Shown here one piece after another: positions 1-12,620 of a DNA stretch of 64,000 nt (position 1 is its first letter; each line of letters begins with the position of its first letter). A model generated the notes under the pieces. The model made no database searches. It was not told the DNA's origin and saw only the letters and a program-made list of their open reading frames with translations. The DNA is from Scyliorhinus canicula (taxonomy: Eukaryota). The position numbers and the translations under genes are program-made. The stretch covers positions 86,937,228 to 87,001,227 of the forward strand of contig NC_052152.1 in the NCBI RefSeq assembly GCF_902713615.1, in the 5' to 3' direction.

Positions 1-5
1 CCTAC

Positions 6-109
6 CATACACTCCAGGAGTCTAAATTAAGAACCACACAGTGTGATTCTGAATGCTGCTTCTCGTAATGTTTAAGAGCATGTTGATCTTCCGAATACCT
101 CCCACATCC
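6..109 (-). CDS. USP16: USP16 coding exon 3 in window (ZnF-UBP domain, GCGRYSEDQHALKHY...LDSWSVW)
   Basis: Acceptor ttttcag ends at 110 and donor gtagg starts at 5. The 104-nt exon starts in phase 0 after the 1653 exon. The peptide matches the ZnF-UBP CGR...HALKHY motif. Confidence 0.93.
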
Positions 110-1282
110 CTGAAAAATACAAATCAAGTCAGGACATTTGTGCAATGCTGAATAAATCATTTTATACCACACAAAGTGAGCAACAAAGACTTGCAGCAGG
201 CCAATGTTTTCACTCAATCATAGTTTTCATGTGCATAATTCGACTTTCTAACAACATTTTAGTTAAAGTTATGTGGAGAATGCACAGTAGCTTTCACGGA
301 TGACAAGAACATTGACATTGTGCAACTGAAAAATTCAGGCACAGTATACTATTTGAGATACTGGAACACTAATTTGTTCCCTGAAACTAGAGACTACATA
401 GAACGACTGTTCTTTTTTCTCAACACATTAATTTTCCAGGATTACTCAATTTTAGGTTCATTTGTGTTGCAGTAAGGTTGTGGAAGCATTTCAATCATTT
501 CCAAGAATTAACTGGTATACTATAATGATTGTAAATTCTGTATCAATCTGTAGCTGATTACCAAATTATATAACCAGTGAATATTATGGATATAATTTAC
601 AATTTCTCAGTTTCACAATAGTAGATCTCAATTTTCTTACAAGATTATAGAATATAAAATTAGTACAATCCCTGCATAGTGGATTGAGTAGTACCAACAG
701 AGAAATAAGGACTTTTATCTGTAGACATGAACTACAATGGATATAAACATCTAAAGGGGATCTGCCCGGAACTAATCTTACAGCTGATGGCAGATCAAGT
801 TCCCCCACCCCACCAGAATGTGAATTTACAATGTAATTTGAGTAATATTCTCACACACAAGGTGTTGAACTAGAAAAGTATTCAGCAGTCTGGAGGAATG
901 AGCGAATATCTGTAACCAAGTGACACTAAATTGAAAACAGTTAGGAAAGGTGGAATTGCACCCTTACCCAGTTTTGCTATCTTGCCGCAGTCCTGAAATT
1001 AATTACTGTATGTACATGTACAGCCACACTGCCAATTCTTGAATCACATTGTGGTTGTGACATCAATCTGAAGTGTTAATATTGTTTCTCACTCCACAGA
1101 TGCTGTCTGCTCTGCTCTGTATTTCCAGCATTGTTTACTTCACTTTTTACTTGAAAACCTTAAGTTTTTACTTCATGTTTCCAGCATCCATGATGAGTGG
1201 CCAGATTGTCTGGAGTAGACATCACTTAATTAGACAATTTAGCAGGACGGTAGATAAAGATAGGCAGCTAAACAAAAATATG

Positions 1283-1445
1283 ATTAACACTGCAATAAGT
1301 TACTGTGAAAATCCCCTAGTCACCACACTCCAGCGCCTGTTCGGGTCATTGAGGGAGAATTCAGAATGTCCAATTCGCTTAACAAGCAAGTCTTTTGGGA
1401 CTTGTCGGAGGAAACTGGAGCACCCGGAGGAAAGCCTGGCAGACT
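1283..1445 (-). mobile_element. V-SINE fragment with the 'cagtaacttattgcag' type tail
   Basis: Matches the 3' half of the 11311-11596 copy. Confidence 0.7.
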
Positions 1446-1652
1446 TTGTCATACCATTCTAAAAATGTTGCGCTGTTAGCTACAAAGGTAATCTAAACAT
1501 GAAACATATTTATCAGACGTGAAGTTCTTTACAAAACATGACCGAGTAAAGGAAATTAACAGCCTGAAATGGATGGCCCAGAACTAAAGTTGCCATGATC
1601 TCAGGATAATATGTTTCACAAAGCGTAATATTTCAATAAAACAGCAATTTAC

Positions 1653-1825
1653 CTGATGCCCACATTTTAAGCATAACCAGACAGTCGGATGGTCGTCCGG
1701 TTTGTGTTTGTCTTCTGTTTTGGTATTCGTTTTGCAGTCCTCACAAGTGTTCCAACAATGCTGAAGCAATTGTTTTTTAATCTGATTTAGGTTGAGTCCC
1801 TTGCGAGTATGTACACATTGTGGCA
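1653..1825 (-). CDS. USP16: USP16 coding exon 2 (PQCVHTRKG...CEDC...WLCLKCGHQ, ZnF-UBP)
   Basis: Acceptor tttattgcag and donor gtaaat. The 173-nt exon starts in phase 1, consistent with the 61-nt first coding exon. WLCLKCGH is the ZnF-UBP signature. Confidence 0.93.
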
Positions 1826-2658
1826 CTGCAATAAATCAGAAATGAAGTAACAAGTTGTATTAGGATATTCAAATTTGGTATTGAATTGCATATATAATGT
1901 TATTGATTGCAATCAATATTCTTGCTCTAAATTCAAATAAGTGTAGTAAAAGATTTAACTTGAACCGGTGCTATATCTTGAACAGCAAATACATGATATT
2001 AAATGGATGACAAACTTGTTCCTTATTAATATGGAGCAATTCTACGCATTGGCAAAAAGATAAAGCTGCAGTGCCATTGTGTTGTACTTTGGATTCGGAG
2101 GACACAGACTGATACTTGTATATTCCCATTGAGCTCTTAGTCTTTGTTGAGTGCACAGAGCATAAAGAAAATATTGCCCCATGAAGGTGACAAAAAAATT
2201 ACTGGCTTGGATTTTGCAGTTATAATGATAATACAACTGTCAGTGTTTGTCATCATTACAACTCTGAAACTGACAGAAACGCCTGGCAACTGTATATGTG
2301 TAATTAAACTTGAAAATTCAGAGTTTGCTGCCGGTGATAACCTGCTCTTCCACAGGATGCACAGTTAAAGTGTTTGCAGATGGAAATCTTAAATATTTCA
2401 GGAATTGATGTGAACTTCACTTTACGGACCATGTGTCTCACTGCAAAAATCCTTGAAAAGGTTATACTTTGAATGAGGCATAACTGGGCTTTTAAACAGC
2501 ATACTATGGCGTAATGACTTCTCTGCACTTGTAAAACTGATTTCATGTCTGTGTAATGTCAAACTTCCAGATTGTGATTTGAAAATTACATAGACTTTAC
2601 TTTCTTTTTAAAGTTCCTGATATTTCAGGTTCTATCTTAATTCCATGCACATATCCCA

Positions 2659-3003
2659 GGGGCAGCAGGGTAGCATGGTGGTTAGCATAAATGCTCACAG
2701 CTCCAGGGTCCCAGGTTCGATTCCCGGCTGGGTCACTGTCTGTGTGGAGTCTGCACGTCCTCCCCCTGTGTGCGTGGGTTTCCTCCGGGTGCTCCGGTTT
2801 CCTCCCACAGTCCAAAGATGTGCGGGTTAGGTGGATTGGCCATGCTAAATTGCCCGTAGTGTCCTAATAAAAAAAATAAGGTTAAGGGGGGGTTGTTGGG
2901 TTACAGGTATAGGGTGGATACGTGGGTTTGAGTAGGGTGATCATGGCTCGGCACAACATTGAGGGCCGAAGGGCCTGTTCTGTGCTGTACAGTTCTATGT
3001 TCT
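2659..3003 (+). mobile_element. HE1/V-SINE-type tRNA SINE, long form with CR1-type tail
   Basis: A/B boxes (tggtggttagc…ggttcgattcc), V-domain, tail gggccgaagggcctgttctgtgctgta with (ttctatg)n, and an 8-bp TSD atatccca (2651-2658 / 3004-3011). Confidence 0.88.
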
Positions 3004-3509
3004 ATATCCCAATCTTTGTTTGTTCTTGTAAAATTATTCAAATGTGATGGATAATCAGTGCTTTTGCTTCCTCGTGTACTGTCTGTGAGAAATCTTCAAT
3101 GTGACTAGTTCCTTGGCCTCCTTGATGTCATCACCTGTTGGATGCTGGATCTAGTGCTGGAATGTAAGGTCAAGAAAGATAAAATCCAGGCAACAGTGAT
3201 GATCAGATCTTTGTGGTCAACATTCTCTGCCAGTGGCAAACAGTTTCACTTCATTTTTGACTGTAAAATCTTGGTCAATATAACATTATCATGTGCACCT
3301 CTAAGTAGTTGATTACAGCAACATTTTAATAGTCTGAAAGCAGGTAATCTGCTAACTTTGCTATCTGAGATTGGAGATACAGATGCTAATTGGGGGGCAG
3401 TCGGGCAGAAATTTTTACCCAAAATCTGCAGTCTCACATTTTCAATACAATAAATTTTTTATCACAATTTGGCAAGAACTAAAATACCTTTCTATAGCAC
3501 AATGTTGGT

Positions 3510-3900
3510 GCCAGTCTTTGCTCAGGGTAGTATTTTCACCTGACTCACACGGTTGAGGTTTCAAGCCCCGATCCAAAAGAATTTCATCACAAAATTCTTG
3601 TGCTGCGGGAATGCTGCACTGGCAGAACTGCCACATTTCACATTAAATATTAGAGAAATCTCCCCTTTGTCGGTTCAGGTGTACATAAAATATCTGACAA
3701 AGTTATCTGAAGAACAAGAATATTTTCCGAATATCCAGATCCCTAATATTAAAACTGATTATCTGCCATTTATTTTATAGTGGGAACTTGTTGTGTGGAA
3801 GTGGGCATTTCTATTTGCCTGTAGTGACTACACATCAAAAGTAGCTCTTTGACAGTGAAGTGCTTTGAATTGTGAAAGGCTCTAATATAATTTTAACTTT
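3510..3900 (+). mobile_element. Old Deu-domain SINE (SacSINE1/AmnSINE1-like) with L2-type tail
   Basis: Degenerate tRNA head, gggaatgctgcactg core and gtgactacac…gtgaaaggc tail. Similar to the copies near 48325 and 62690. Confidence 0.55.
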
Positions 3901-4120
3901 TTCTTTCTTTGCAGTAGCCCTGTACTTTGTGAATTTACCTCACTAGTATATAGAACTACATAGATTACACAGCACAGAAATGGGCCTTTCGACCCAACAA
4001 GTCCATGCTGGTGGTTATGCTCCGTTACAGCTTCCTCCAATCCTTCATCATCTATCAGCATAGTCCTTTATTTATTTCTCCCTCATTTGCTTATCTTGCT
4101 TCCCTTAAATGCATCTACAT

Positions 4121-5271
4121 CAGGGGTGTTTAAGCTTTTCAGGTCAGGGGCCACATATCAATTATTTTCACACTCACAGTGAAAGATAAGGAATTAGAAA
4201 TGCATCTCGTTGATCGTAAAAACAACAAGAAGTATGCAGTTTTATAAACGTGCTTCAAATGAAAAGAATAATATATTAGCTTACTTGACCGGGAACCAAT
4301 GTTGGTGATCAAGCACAGGAGGTGATGGGTGAATGAGACTTGTCCAAGTCAGTCCTTAGATGGTGAAAGGTGCTGGATTGACAAGTTTTTAAAAAATTGT
4401 TCTTGTTTTTTCTATTTCTCTCCTGCTCTAAAGATTGGGCTAACCCATCAATTGAATTGAATTCAACTGCAACCCCACTTAATTCTTCTTAAAATGGAAT
4501 GAAACTCCTGCCCTAAAGTGGACATATCTTGTGTTAATGCCCTACTCACTGCTGCCAAGTCGAGCACTTGCACTAGCTGACTCAAGGGAGCGTTTAAGGC
4601 TGATTTAAGGTTATTGACCTATATGTGACAGTCCAGACTGACGATCAGTGACCACCAATGGGAATTAAGGTGATGAATTGAACCACCAGCTGTGATTCTG
4701 CATTTACCCATACAGCAAGAAATGGCATAGCAGGCCCAAAGCCTCTCCCACAGATTCAGTGTTCCAACCCTGCAACTCCAGGCTGCAAACCTGTATAGTT
4801 TTCTAACCGAAGAAAAAGGTGCACGTCATGCACAATTCAATGCAAACAAAACAAACAGCAGCAATTTGGGTGCAAAGCTATGAATTTCTTGCTTTTCTGA
4901 AATTCGACATTTCAATTCAGTGCTTGTTTTTTATTGGACCTTGGTAGAATAATTTGGAATTTGCTAGAGCAATTACTGGCCAGTTTCAATTTATCCCTGG
5001 CATACAAACACTCCCCACAGCATCTCCCCTGACCCTCGGCAGACAAACACTCCCACTCGGCCTCTCCCCCGACCCTTAGCAGACATACACTCCCTCACAG
5101 TCTCTTCCTCCCCTCCAAGGATACTGCCACTACCATTCCTGTCTTCAGGTCTCAGGCTGAAAGCTGCCAAACACCTCCAGTGTTCACAAGAGTAAGTTTG
5201 TTAGTGCGTTTTGAATACTGGTTGGCTGGCTGGATGGCCAGCCTTGGCAGGCCAGACACTGGACAAGCCCG
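4121..5271. mobile_element. Non-autonomous hAT (Charlie-like) DNA transposon
   Basis: Perfect 8-bp TSD atctacat (4113-4120 / 5272-5279) and imperfect TIRs caggggtgtttaa / ctggacaagcccg. Confidence 0.78.
4990..5105. repeat. About 3 copies of a ~39-bp minisatellite inside the hAT element
   Basis: Unit approximately cagacaaacactcccactcggcctctcccccgaccctt. Confidence 0.65.
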
Positions 5272-5542
5272 ATCTACATTATTTGCCTCAACTACGTCCT
5301 GTGGTAACATGTTTCACATTCCCACCACTCTCTGGATGTTTCTTCTGAATCTGTTTTATTTCGTGAAGCTACCTTTCAGCCTTTTTTCAAGAGGCCCAGT
5401 TTATTCATCCTTTTCTAATAGATATAACTTTTCAGTACTGGTATCAACCTTGTAAATTTCTTTACCCCGGTGCGTCCATATCCTTTATGAAAATGAAAAA
5501 TTACCACAGTACTCAAAGTATGGTCTAGCCATGGTTACATTA

Positions 5543-6240
5543 CCATCGCTGAATCCCCCACAATCAACATCCTGAGGGTTACCATTGATCTGATACTGAA
5601 CTGGACTAGCCATATTAACACTGTGGCTACCAGTGCAGGTCAAAGGCTAGGAATCCTACGGCGAGTAATGCACCTCCTGACCTCCCAAAGCCCTTCAACC
5701 ATCTACAAGGCACAAGTAAGGATTGTAATGGAATACTCTCCACTTGCCTGGATGAGTGCAGCTCCAACAACACTCAAGAAGCTCAATACCATCCAGGACA
5801 AAGCATTCAGCTTGATTGCTCCCCCTTCCACAAACATTCAAACTCTCCACCATCGACGAACAATGGCAGCCTTGTGTACCATCTACAAGATGCAGTCCAG
5901 TAACTCACCAAGGTTCCTTCAACAGTACCTTCCAAACCCATGACCACTACCATCTAGAAGGACAAGAGCAGCAAATACCTGGGAACCCCACCACCTGAAG
6001 GTTCCCCTCCAAGTCACTCACCACCCTGACTTGGAAATATATCGCCGTTCTTTTGCTGTCGTTGGAACAAGATCCTGGAACTCCCTCCCTAACAGCACAG
6101 TGGGTGTACCTACACCTGAAGGACTGCAGCAGTACAAGAAGGCAACTCACCACCACCTTCTGAAGGGCAACTAGGGATGGGCAATAAATGCTGGCCTAAC
6201 CAGCGACGCCCATATCCCGTAAGCGAATTAAGAAAAATAC
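5543..6240 (+). mobile_element. 5'-truncated RTE-X-like LINE
   Basis: ORF 5623-5943 (IYKAQVRIVMEYSPLAWMSA…LHHRR) and 3' tail gggatgggcaataaatgctggcc…. Clade assigned from motif recall. Confidence 0.65.
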
Positions 6241-6869
6241 AGGCTTCAGCATAATTTCTCTATTCCAGTTCTATCCTTCCAAAAAATAAATTCCTGTACT
6301 TGTTTTGCTTTTTTTGATGACCTTGTTGACCTGCGCCATAACCTTTTGACTTTTGTATTTGTACTGAGGCTTCCTTTGTTCCTCTACCCCGTTTAGATTC
6401 TTATTTTCCAAATAATACGTGACATCCTCCTTTTTCTTTCCAAAACGTAATACTTCATTCTTAACGATGCTGAAATTAGACAATGATATGCCCATTCTAC
6501 AATTTATTAATGCCTTTCTGCAATTTGTTGTAGTTATCACCATTAACTCTCTCTCCCCAATTTGGTGTCGTCCACATATTTAGAAATCTTTTGCGAATAA
6601 CTTTCCAAACTGGTTAGCGCTCCAATTATGTAATTAGCTAAGTCATGGTAGAAAAACTGGAGCTTGGTGCATTCTACCGATGAAGGAAACGGAGTGATAT
6701 TGCACAAGGAATAAAATAATTATGTTGTCCTGTCTAATGCAGGATTACCCGAGTACCTACCCTGCTATATCTAGCTGTCTACCTGCCACTCAACATTAGG
6801 CTTATTGCACGAAGGTGCCCTCAATTCGCTTGAAAACTACTGAAGTCAATCAACCTACACAATTTGCTC

Positions 6870-7075
6870 CAGCTCAGTTGGCTGGATGAGGATTGACAGC
6901 AACAGCGTGGGTTCAATTCCAGGATCGGCTGAAGTTATCTATGAAGGCATAGCTTTCCGAATCTTGCCCCTCGCTTGCGGTGCAGTGACCCTCAGGTTAA
7001 AATCATCACCAGTCAGCTCTCTCTCAAAAGGGGAGAACAGCGTAAGGTCCTCAGGAATTATGACGACTTCCATTC
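6870..7075 (+). mobile_element. tRNA-derived SINE of a separate family
   Basis: gctcagttgg A-box and gggttcaattcc B-box. The body is unrelated to the V-SINEs. Confidence 0.5.
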
Positions 7076-7132
7076 CACATTTTTCTCTCCATGACACTAA
7101 TGAAAATAAATATCCTTATGAATGGCTGTTTA

Positions 7133-7361
7133 AAGTGAAGCACGGTGGCGCAGTGGTTAGCATTGCTGCATCATGGCGCCAAGGTCCCAGGTTCGATCCC
7201 GGCTCTGGGTCACTGTCCATGTGGAGTTTGCACATTCTCTCTGTGTTTGCGTGGGTTTCGCCCCCACAACCTAAAGATGTGCAGGGTAGGTGGATTGGCC
7301 ACGCTAAATTGTCCCTTAATTAGAAAAAATTAATTGGGTACTCTAAATTTATTTTTTAAAA
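7133..7361 (+). mobile_element. V-SINE short form with T/A-rich tail
   Basis: 15-bp TSD atgaatggct(g/a)ttta at 7118-7132 / 7362-7376. Confidence 0.88.
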
Positions 7362-7725
7362 ATGAATGGCTATTTAGAGAACACAGAGCACTGACAGAAA
7401 ATTAAAGATTCCAACCAAGTGCAGCCCAAGGCCATCAGGCATTTGCAGTTTTTGTTTCCCAAAGAACTTTTATTATTTTGCTAGTTTTGACGATTGATTT
7501 ATTTGACTCTAGTTTATTTGACTCTAGTTTATTTGAGGATTTCTTTTGAATCCTTAACAAAACGGAGTTGAAAGAATAAACCTTTGTTGGAAAGGCACAG
7601 ACCACAGAATAGTACAGAAGAGGCCATTTAGCCTATTGTGTCTGTGCTGGCTCTTTCAAAGCACAATACCGTTAGTACCACTTGCCCTCACATTACAATT
7701 TGAAACCAAAGAAGCATTTTCTTAC

Positions 7726-7786
7726 CACAGCTGTCAGAGGTCTCACTGGCTGGTGGAGAATTTTGTCTTTCCTTTTTCTTTCCCAT
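7726..7786 (-). CDS. USP16: USP16 first coding exon (MGKKKERQNSPPASETSDSC); exon spans about 7726-7817 including 5' UTR
   Basis: ATG at 7786, donor gtaaga at 7725, acceptor tttgtgggcag ending at 7818. The MGKK start resembles the USP16 N-terminus, and 61 nt gives the phase needed by the next exon. Confidence 0.85.
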
Positions 7787-8649
7787 TTCAATATTGTCCC
7801 AGTATCCTTCAGCAATACTGCCCACAAAACAGAAAGGCAACTTCAAGACCAAGCATTTGGAAAACTGTACGCCTGAAGATATTAAATAAAACCATTTGGG
7901 TGCAATGCTGTTAAAAAATAATTTCACAAACATGTCTATTGAATCAAATGACTATAGGATATGCAAGAATAAGGAAACCTTGAGTAAATCTGAATGATCA
8001 GCAGGCAACTAAACTGACTTCCAAACACAAGACATCATGATTAATTTCCCATCTCCCTTATTTCAGGAAGTATTTATATTCTAAATCCCAGTATATTCAT
8101 CATCCAGAATCTCTCCCCAGTGACCTCTCAAATTCACCCTAAACTCCCAATTCCATCTGCTCTGTGCGTTAGCTGCAGCTCAGTGGTAACATTCCTGCCT
8201 CGGAGTCAGAAGATTGTTTGTTCAAGTCCAACTCCACATCCGGAGCGCAAAATCGAGGCAAAATTCCATACCATGGTGAATTGTGCAAAGGTAGTCTGCT
8301 GGAGATCTTTTGGATGAGGTGTTACACCAAGGCTCTACCTTCCCGTTCAAGTGGATGTGAAAGAGTGCATGGCACTATTTCAAAGAATGTCAGGAACAGG
8401 TAGTCAGGCACGAATCAATATTGGAGGAAACAAGGATTGTGAAATGTTAAATACCATGGAATTACCAGGTGGAATCTTACAATAGGAAGCCTGTTTGATT
8501 AAGCTCAAAGGGTTGAGTGAAGAAGACTTGGTTTAAAAGAATAATGGAAGATTCACCTTGGCAGGGCATGGAGAAGGGATCCTGTTAATTCCACGAAGAG
8601 TTGGGCTTTAAACTGAAGCCCATATGTCTATGGAGAGAAAGACGCTGGC

Positions 8650-8850
8650 CCCCTATCCAGCCCCATCGCTCCCACGCTCCCACTCCACAACAATATGAAT
8701 CTGTCCCAATCTCTAGCTTTGACAAAGAGTCATCCAGACTTGAAACATTAGCTTCCTTCTCTCTCCAGAGATGCTGTCAGACCTGCTGAGATTGTCCAGC
8801 ATTTTCTGTTTTTGTTTCAGATTCCAGCATTCACAGGAATTTGCTTTTGT
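8650..8850 (+). mobile_element. Penelope-like element remnant with a degenerate hammerhead-ribozyme core
   Basis: tttgacaa-agagtc-atcca-gactt-gaaac at about 8718-8746, followed by …cagagatgctgtcagacctgctgag…ttccagca, a motif that recurs near 1090, 10810 and 25830. Confidence 0.55.
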
Positions 8851-10320
8851 CTGTGGAGAGTGTGGTATAATGTATAAACATGATCTGGTGTTCTGTGATA
8901 AGTTAAAGGGAAATACCTTTACTGTAGTTTAGTGTGTTAGTTGCCTATTAAGTAACATCTGCTCAATGTTGGTTTACTTTTATTTTTTTTACAGTAAAAG
9001 TCTTAAAATGTGAAATCTTGTGTGATTCTTTGAGTTGATCATTGAGAAATTCAAATCTCTTTTTAAAAGCTATTTGGTCTCGACAGGGATCATAACAAAA
9101 TGGACAAATAACCAAATGTAAATTGCCAACACCCTTCCATTCAAGAGTTCAGCCTCCACCTGCTTGTCAAAAGACAGTATGTTGGTCTGCAGTTCTGTTC
9201 AAACTGCTGAAAACAATGTATGTACCCAAAATAAAACCAGAAAATGTGAAGGGTATGTTAGCTCTGTTTCTCTCCCTGCAGATGGTGCTTGACTTGACCA
9301 TCTGCGGGGAGAGAAACAGAGCTAATATATCCTTCATATTAATCATCTTCTAAGAGATAGCTATTTCCCCAGTATGGCCCTCATCCCTGCTCCCTTAAGT
9401 CCAAGGGGTGCAGATTTGACCAGACAACTGCATTAGCTATTCACCATCAGATCTAGCTGGCCACATAAAGCACTAACGAATCATGCTCTCATCTACCAGA
9501 ACTGTCCACAATTCCAGGATGCAATGCAAAAATAACACCCAGCTCCCTTTTTTCTATTGTGAACCATCTTCTTATACCTCTCTTGTCTTGTCTGCTACAC
9601 CCTCACCTCTGACAAGTGCAAAGAGCTCATGGAATTCTTTGAGACAATCCGATCAGCTGTCTCTGCCACTTCCCTCCATTTCCCTGTGCTATACCTGAAC
9701 TTATGTCTTACTCTAGTTTCTACCTCCCCTGATCGCCTTTCCGAGGTAATCTTGTCCAGGAGACTTATCTCCTGCATTATTAACATTATTCTCATTAATT
9801 TACTGACCACGTCACGTGCCTGAAGTAAAATCCACAGGTGCTGGAAATCTGAACTAAAAACAAAATATGTCCCTTGGTAACATCATCTGAAAACAGTACA
9901 TTAGATTCCACATGTACACTGATGACACAAAGCTCTACCCACCACCGCCTCTCTCGACTCCTCCAGTGTATCACACTGCTTGCCTGACATCCATTCCTCC
10001 AAATAAATATTTTGAAGCCTGAAGCAATTGTTCTCTACTTCCAAATCAAACTCCACTCCCTAGACACCAATCCTCTCTGGCAGTCGTCCAAGGCTGATCC
10101 AGACTGTTCACAAAGTTGGTGTCCTATTTGATCTGAAGAGGAGCTTCTGACCATATATCCATCCCATTGGCAAAACTCCTGTTTTCCACCTCCGCAGCAT
10201 GGTCACCGCAGGCTTGGAGGGCCGAAGGGCCTGTTCCTGTGCTGTACTTTTCTTTGTTCTTTGTAACATCTCGATATTCAGCACCCACCTCAGCTTATCT
10301 GCTGCCAAAACCCTAATTTA

Positions 10321-10495
10321 ATAATAATAATTGCTTATTGTCACAAGTAAGCTTCAATGAAGTTACTGTGAAAAGCCCCTAGTCGCCACATTCCGGCGCC
10401 TGTTCGGGGAGGCTGATACGGGAATTGAACCCGCGCTGCTGGCCTTGTTCTGCATTACAAGCCAGCTGTTTAGCCCACTGTGCTAAACCAGCCCC
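10321..10495 (-). mobile_element. Short tRNA SINE (ggggctggtttagc head) with 'cagtaacttcattgaag…gtgacaataa' tail
   Basis: A/B boxes and an (att)n tail. Near-identical to 57301-57483. Confidence 0.8.
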
Positions 10496-11310
10496 TGCTT
10501 TAAAGTAAGAAGCAGGACATTTAGACGGGGTTTAAGGAAAAACCTTTCACTGGAGGGTGGTGGGAATCTGGAACTCACTGTCTGAAAAGGTGGTAGAGTC
10601 AGAAACCCTCAACATTTAAGAAGCATTTGGATGAGCACCTGGAATAGCATAGCATAGCATACAAAGCTATGGACCAAGTGATAGAAAATGGGATTAGAAT
10701 AGTTAGGAGGTTGATTGCCTGCACAAACAGTTTGGGCCGAAGGGCTTCTTTCTGAGCTGTAAAACTCTGATTCTAATTACAAGTTGTTGTCGATCTTGTC
10801 ACTGACCCGAAACACTGTTTCTCGCTCCACATGCTGAGAGTTTTCTAATATTTTCATATTATTAGTTTCATATTTCCAGCATTCAAATTATTTGGCTTAT
10901 TGTATGCACAACTACTAACATTTTGGATCTTAAACGCACAATAATTCCTCCCCACCACAAAACTCTGCCATGGGAACTTTACAGGTGGGAATTAAAAAGC
11001 AAAATTTATATTGTGAAAGGGGATAAGGTTACAAAATAATAAAACAAAGAGGCCTGGGAATCATTTGGAAAGCATTAGGAATGAGTCACTCATGTTAGTT
11101 TGAACATGTGACTTAATGGGGGATGCCAACTGATTTAACACCACACACAAGGAAGGCTCTAATCCATCTCATGCCTTGATGGTAAACTTAATTTTTTGTT
11201 CATTTTTCCAACTGTGGGACATTTTAGCGTGGCCAATCCACCTATCCTGCACATCTTAGGGTTGGGGGGGGGGGGGGGGGGAGACCCACGCAGACACGGG
11301 GACAATGTGA

Positions 11311-11596
11311 AAATAATAATAACCTTTATTGTGTCAGGTAGGCTTACATTAACACTGCAATGAAGTTACTGTGAAAATCCCCTCATCGCCACACTCCGGT
11401 GCCTGTTCGGGTACAATAAGGGAGAATTCAGAATGTCCAAATTACTTAACTTTTGGGATTTGTGGAGGGAAACCAGAGCACCCGGAGGAAACCAACGCAG
11501 ACACGAGGAAAACGTGCAGACTGCACACAAACAGTGACCCGTGGACGGGATAGAACCCAGATCCTCAGCCCCCACCACTGTGCCACCGTACCACCC
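11311..11596 (-). mobile_element. V-SINE with 'cagtaacttcattgcag' tail, abutting a short-form V-SINE 3' half (about 11190-11310)
   Basis: tRNA head at 11596, V-domain and (att)n tail. Confidence 0.8.
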
Positions 11597-11689
11597 GTCT
11601 TAGTTCAGCATTACCCCAAATCCTTTATAAATGATTGAACAAGGCCAAATTGCCTGTGGGCAACGAGGGGCATAACAACCCTTGTCTTG

Positions 11690-12350
11690 AACCTAAACAT
11701 TAGGCCAAACATCTGGCACCATTAAATATAATAAAACCTCCAAGGTTCGACACAGAAGCATTATCAAAATTTGATCGAGAGCTGCATGAGCAGATAAAAG
11801 GGCAGGTGAACAAACACTTGCACGAAGGGGTACGCAGAATACTACTTTTCACTGTACCTTGGTACACGTGACAACAAATCAAATCAAATCGGTTTAATGG
11901 GTGTTTTAAGCCAAGCAGAGAGGCTTCGGAGCGAATTCCAGTGCTTGGTACCCAGGCAACTAAAGGTAGGGCCACCAATGGTGGAACAATGAAAACAGGA
12001 GATGCACAAGAAGCCAGAATTAGATGAGCACAGATATCTCACGGAATTATGAAACTGTCTGGGGGAATTAGAGATAGGGAGGAGGGCTTTGAAACAAGGA
12101 TGAGAATTTAAAAATCAAGACGCTGATCGGATAGGACAGCTGCAATGTAGCGAGCATAGGGATGATAGATCAGGAGGAATTGGTGCGAGTCAAGACAGGC
12201 AACAGAGATTTGGATGAACTCAAGCACATCTGTATGGACGATGCAAGACAGAAGGCCACCCCAGTAGTGTGTTGGATTCGTCAAGCCTGGAGGTAACGCA
12301 GGCATAACTGAGAGTTATAGTACGAAATGAGCTGAGATTTACAAATACAT
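11690..12350 (-). mobile_element. L2 LINE 3' fragment
   Basis: Similar to the L2 remnants at 13430-13850 and 17600-18990. Confidence 0.5.
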
Positions 12351-12399
12351 GAATAAATACATTTAGTAAAATAAGCTAAATAGGAACTTTGATGTCCTG

Positions 12400-12620
12400 C
12401 TAAAGGCGACCTTACCTCCCGGGACTGACTGACCCCCTTACCGACTGCTTTCCGCCCCCGGGAGCCGCGGCCGCGAGGTGGCTCCAGGTCACCAATGGCG
12501 TTTAGCAGCACGCATGCGCGGCCAAGCCGGGGAGACGGTGGCCGAGAAGCTCATCACACCCCGAGAGGCACGGGGGGGGGCCGGAAATGGAGGACAACTG
12601 ACAGACAGCAGGTACAGGAC
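12400..12620. promoter_or_regulatory. CpG-island bidirectional promoter of USP16 (minus) and RWDD2B (plus), with candidate non-coding first exons
   Basis: Local CpG/GC peak. CCAAT and YY1-like caatggcg near 12491-12500, NRF1-like cgcatgcgc at 12511-12519, ETS ccggaa at 12581. Minus-strand donors GTAAG at 12415 and 12441, and a plus-strand candidate donor CAG|gtacag at 12612. Confidence 0.75.

Larger units (their letters stand above)
3955..6600 (-). mobile_element. Old CR1 LINE 3' part, split by a hAT element and an RTE-X-like LINE
   Basis: CR1 tail (gggcctttcgacc) at about 3980. RT-derived remnants continue at 5280-5540 and 6241-6600. Confidence 0.6.

Noticed and set aside
2042-2236. 64-aa minus-strand ORF as an extra USP16 exon
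   Set aside because: The USP16 frame joins cleanly from 7726 to 1825 without it, and it has no recognisable motif.
2659-2730. tRNA genes at SINE heads
   Set aside because: A/B boxes are followed by SINE bodies and tails with TSDs, and there is no proper cloverleaf or terminator.
4990-5105. CRISPR-like repeat array
   Set aside because: Eukaryotic minisatellite with no unique spacers and no cas genes.
7497-7537. 15-bp tandem duplication tttatttgactctag
   Set aside because: Ordinary slippage duplication in an intron.
8400-9097. Possible LTR remnant ending …gggatcataaca
   Set aside because: I could not find a matching 5' terminus or TSD.
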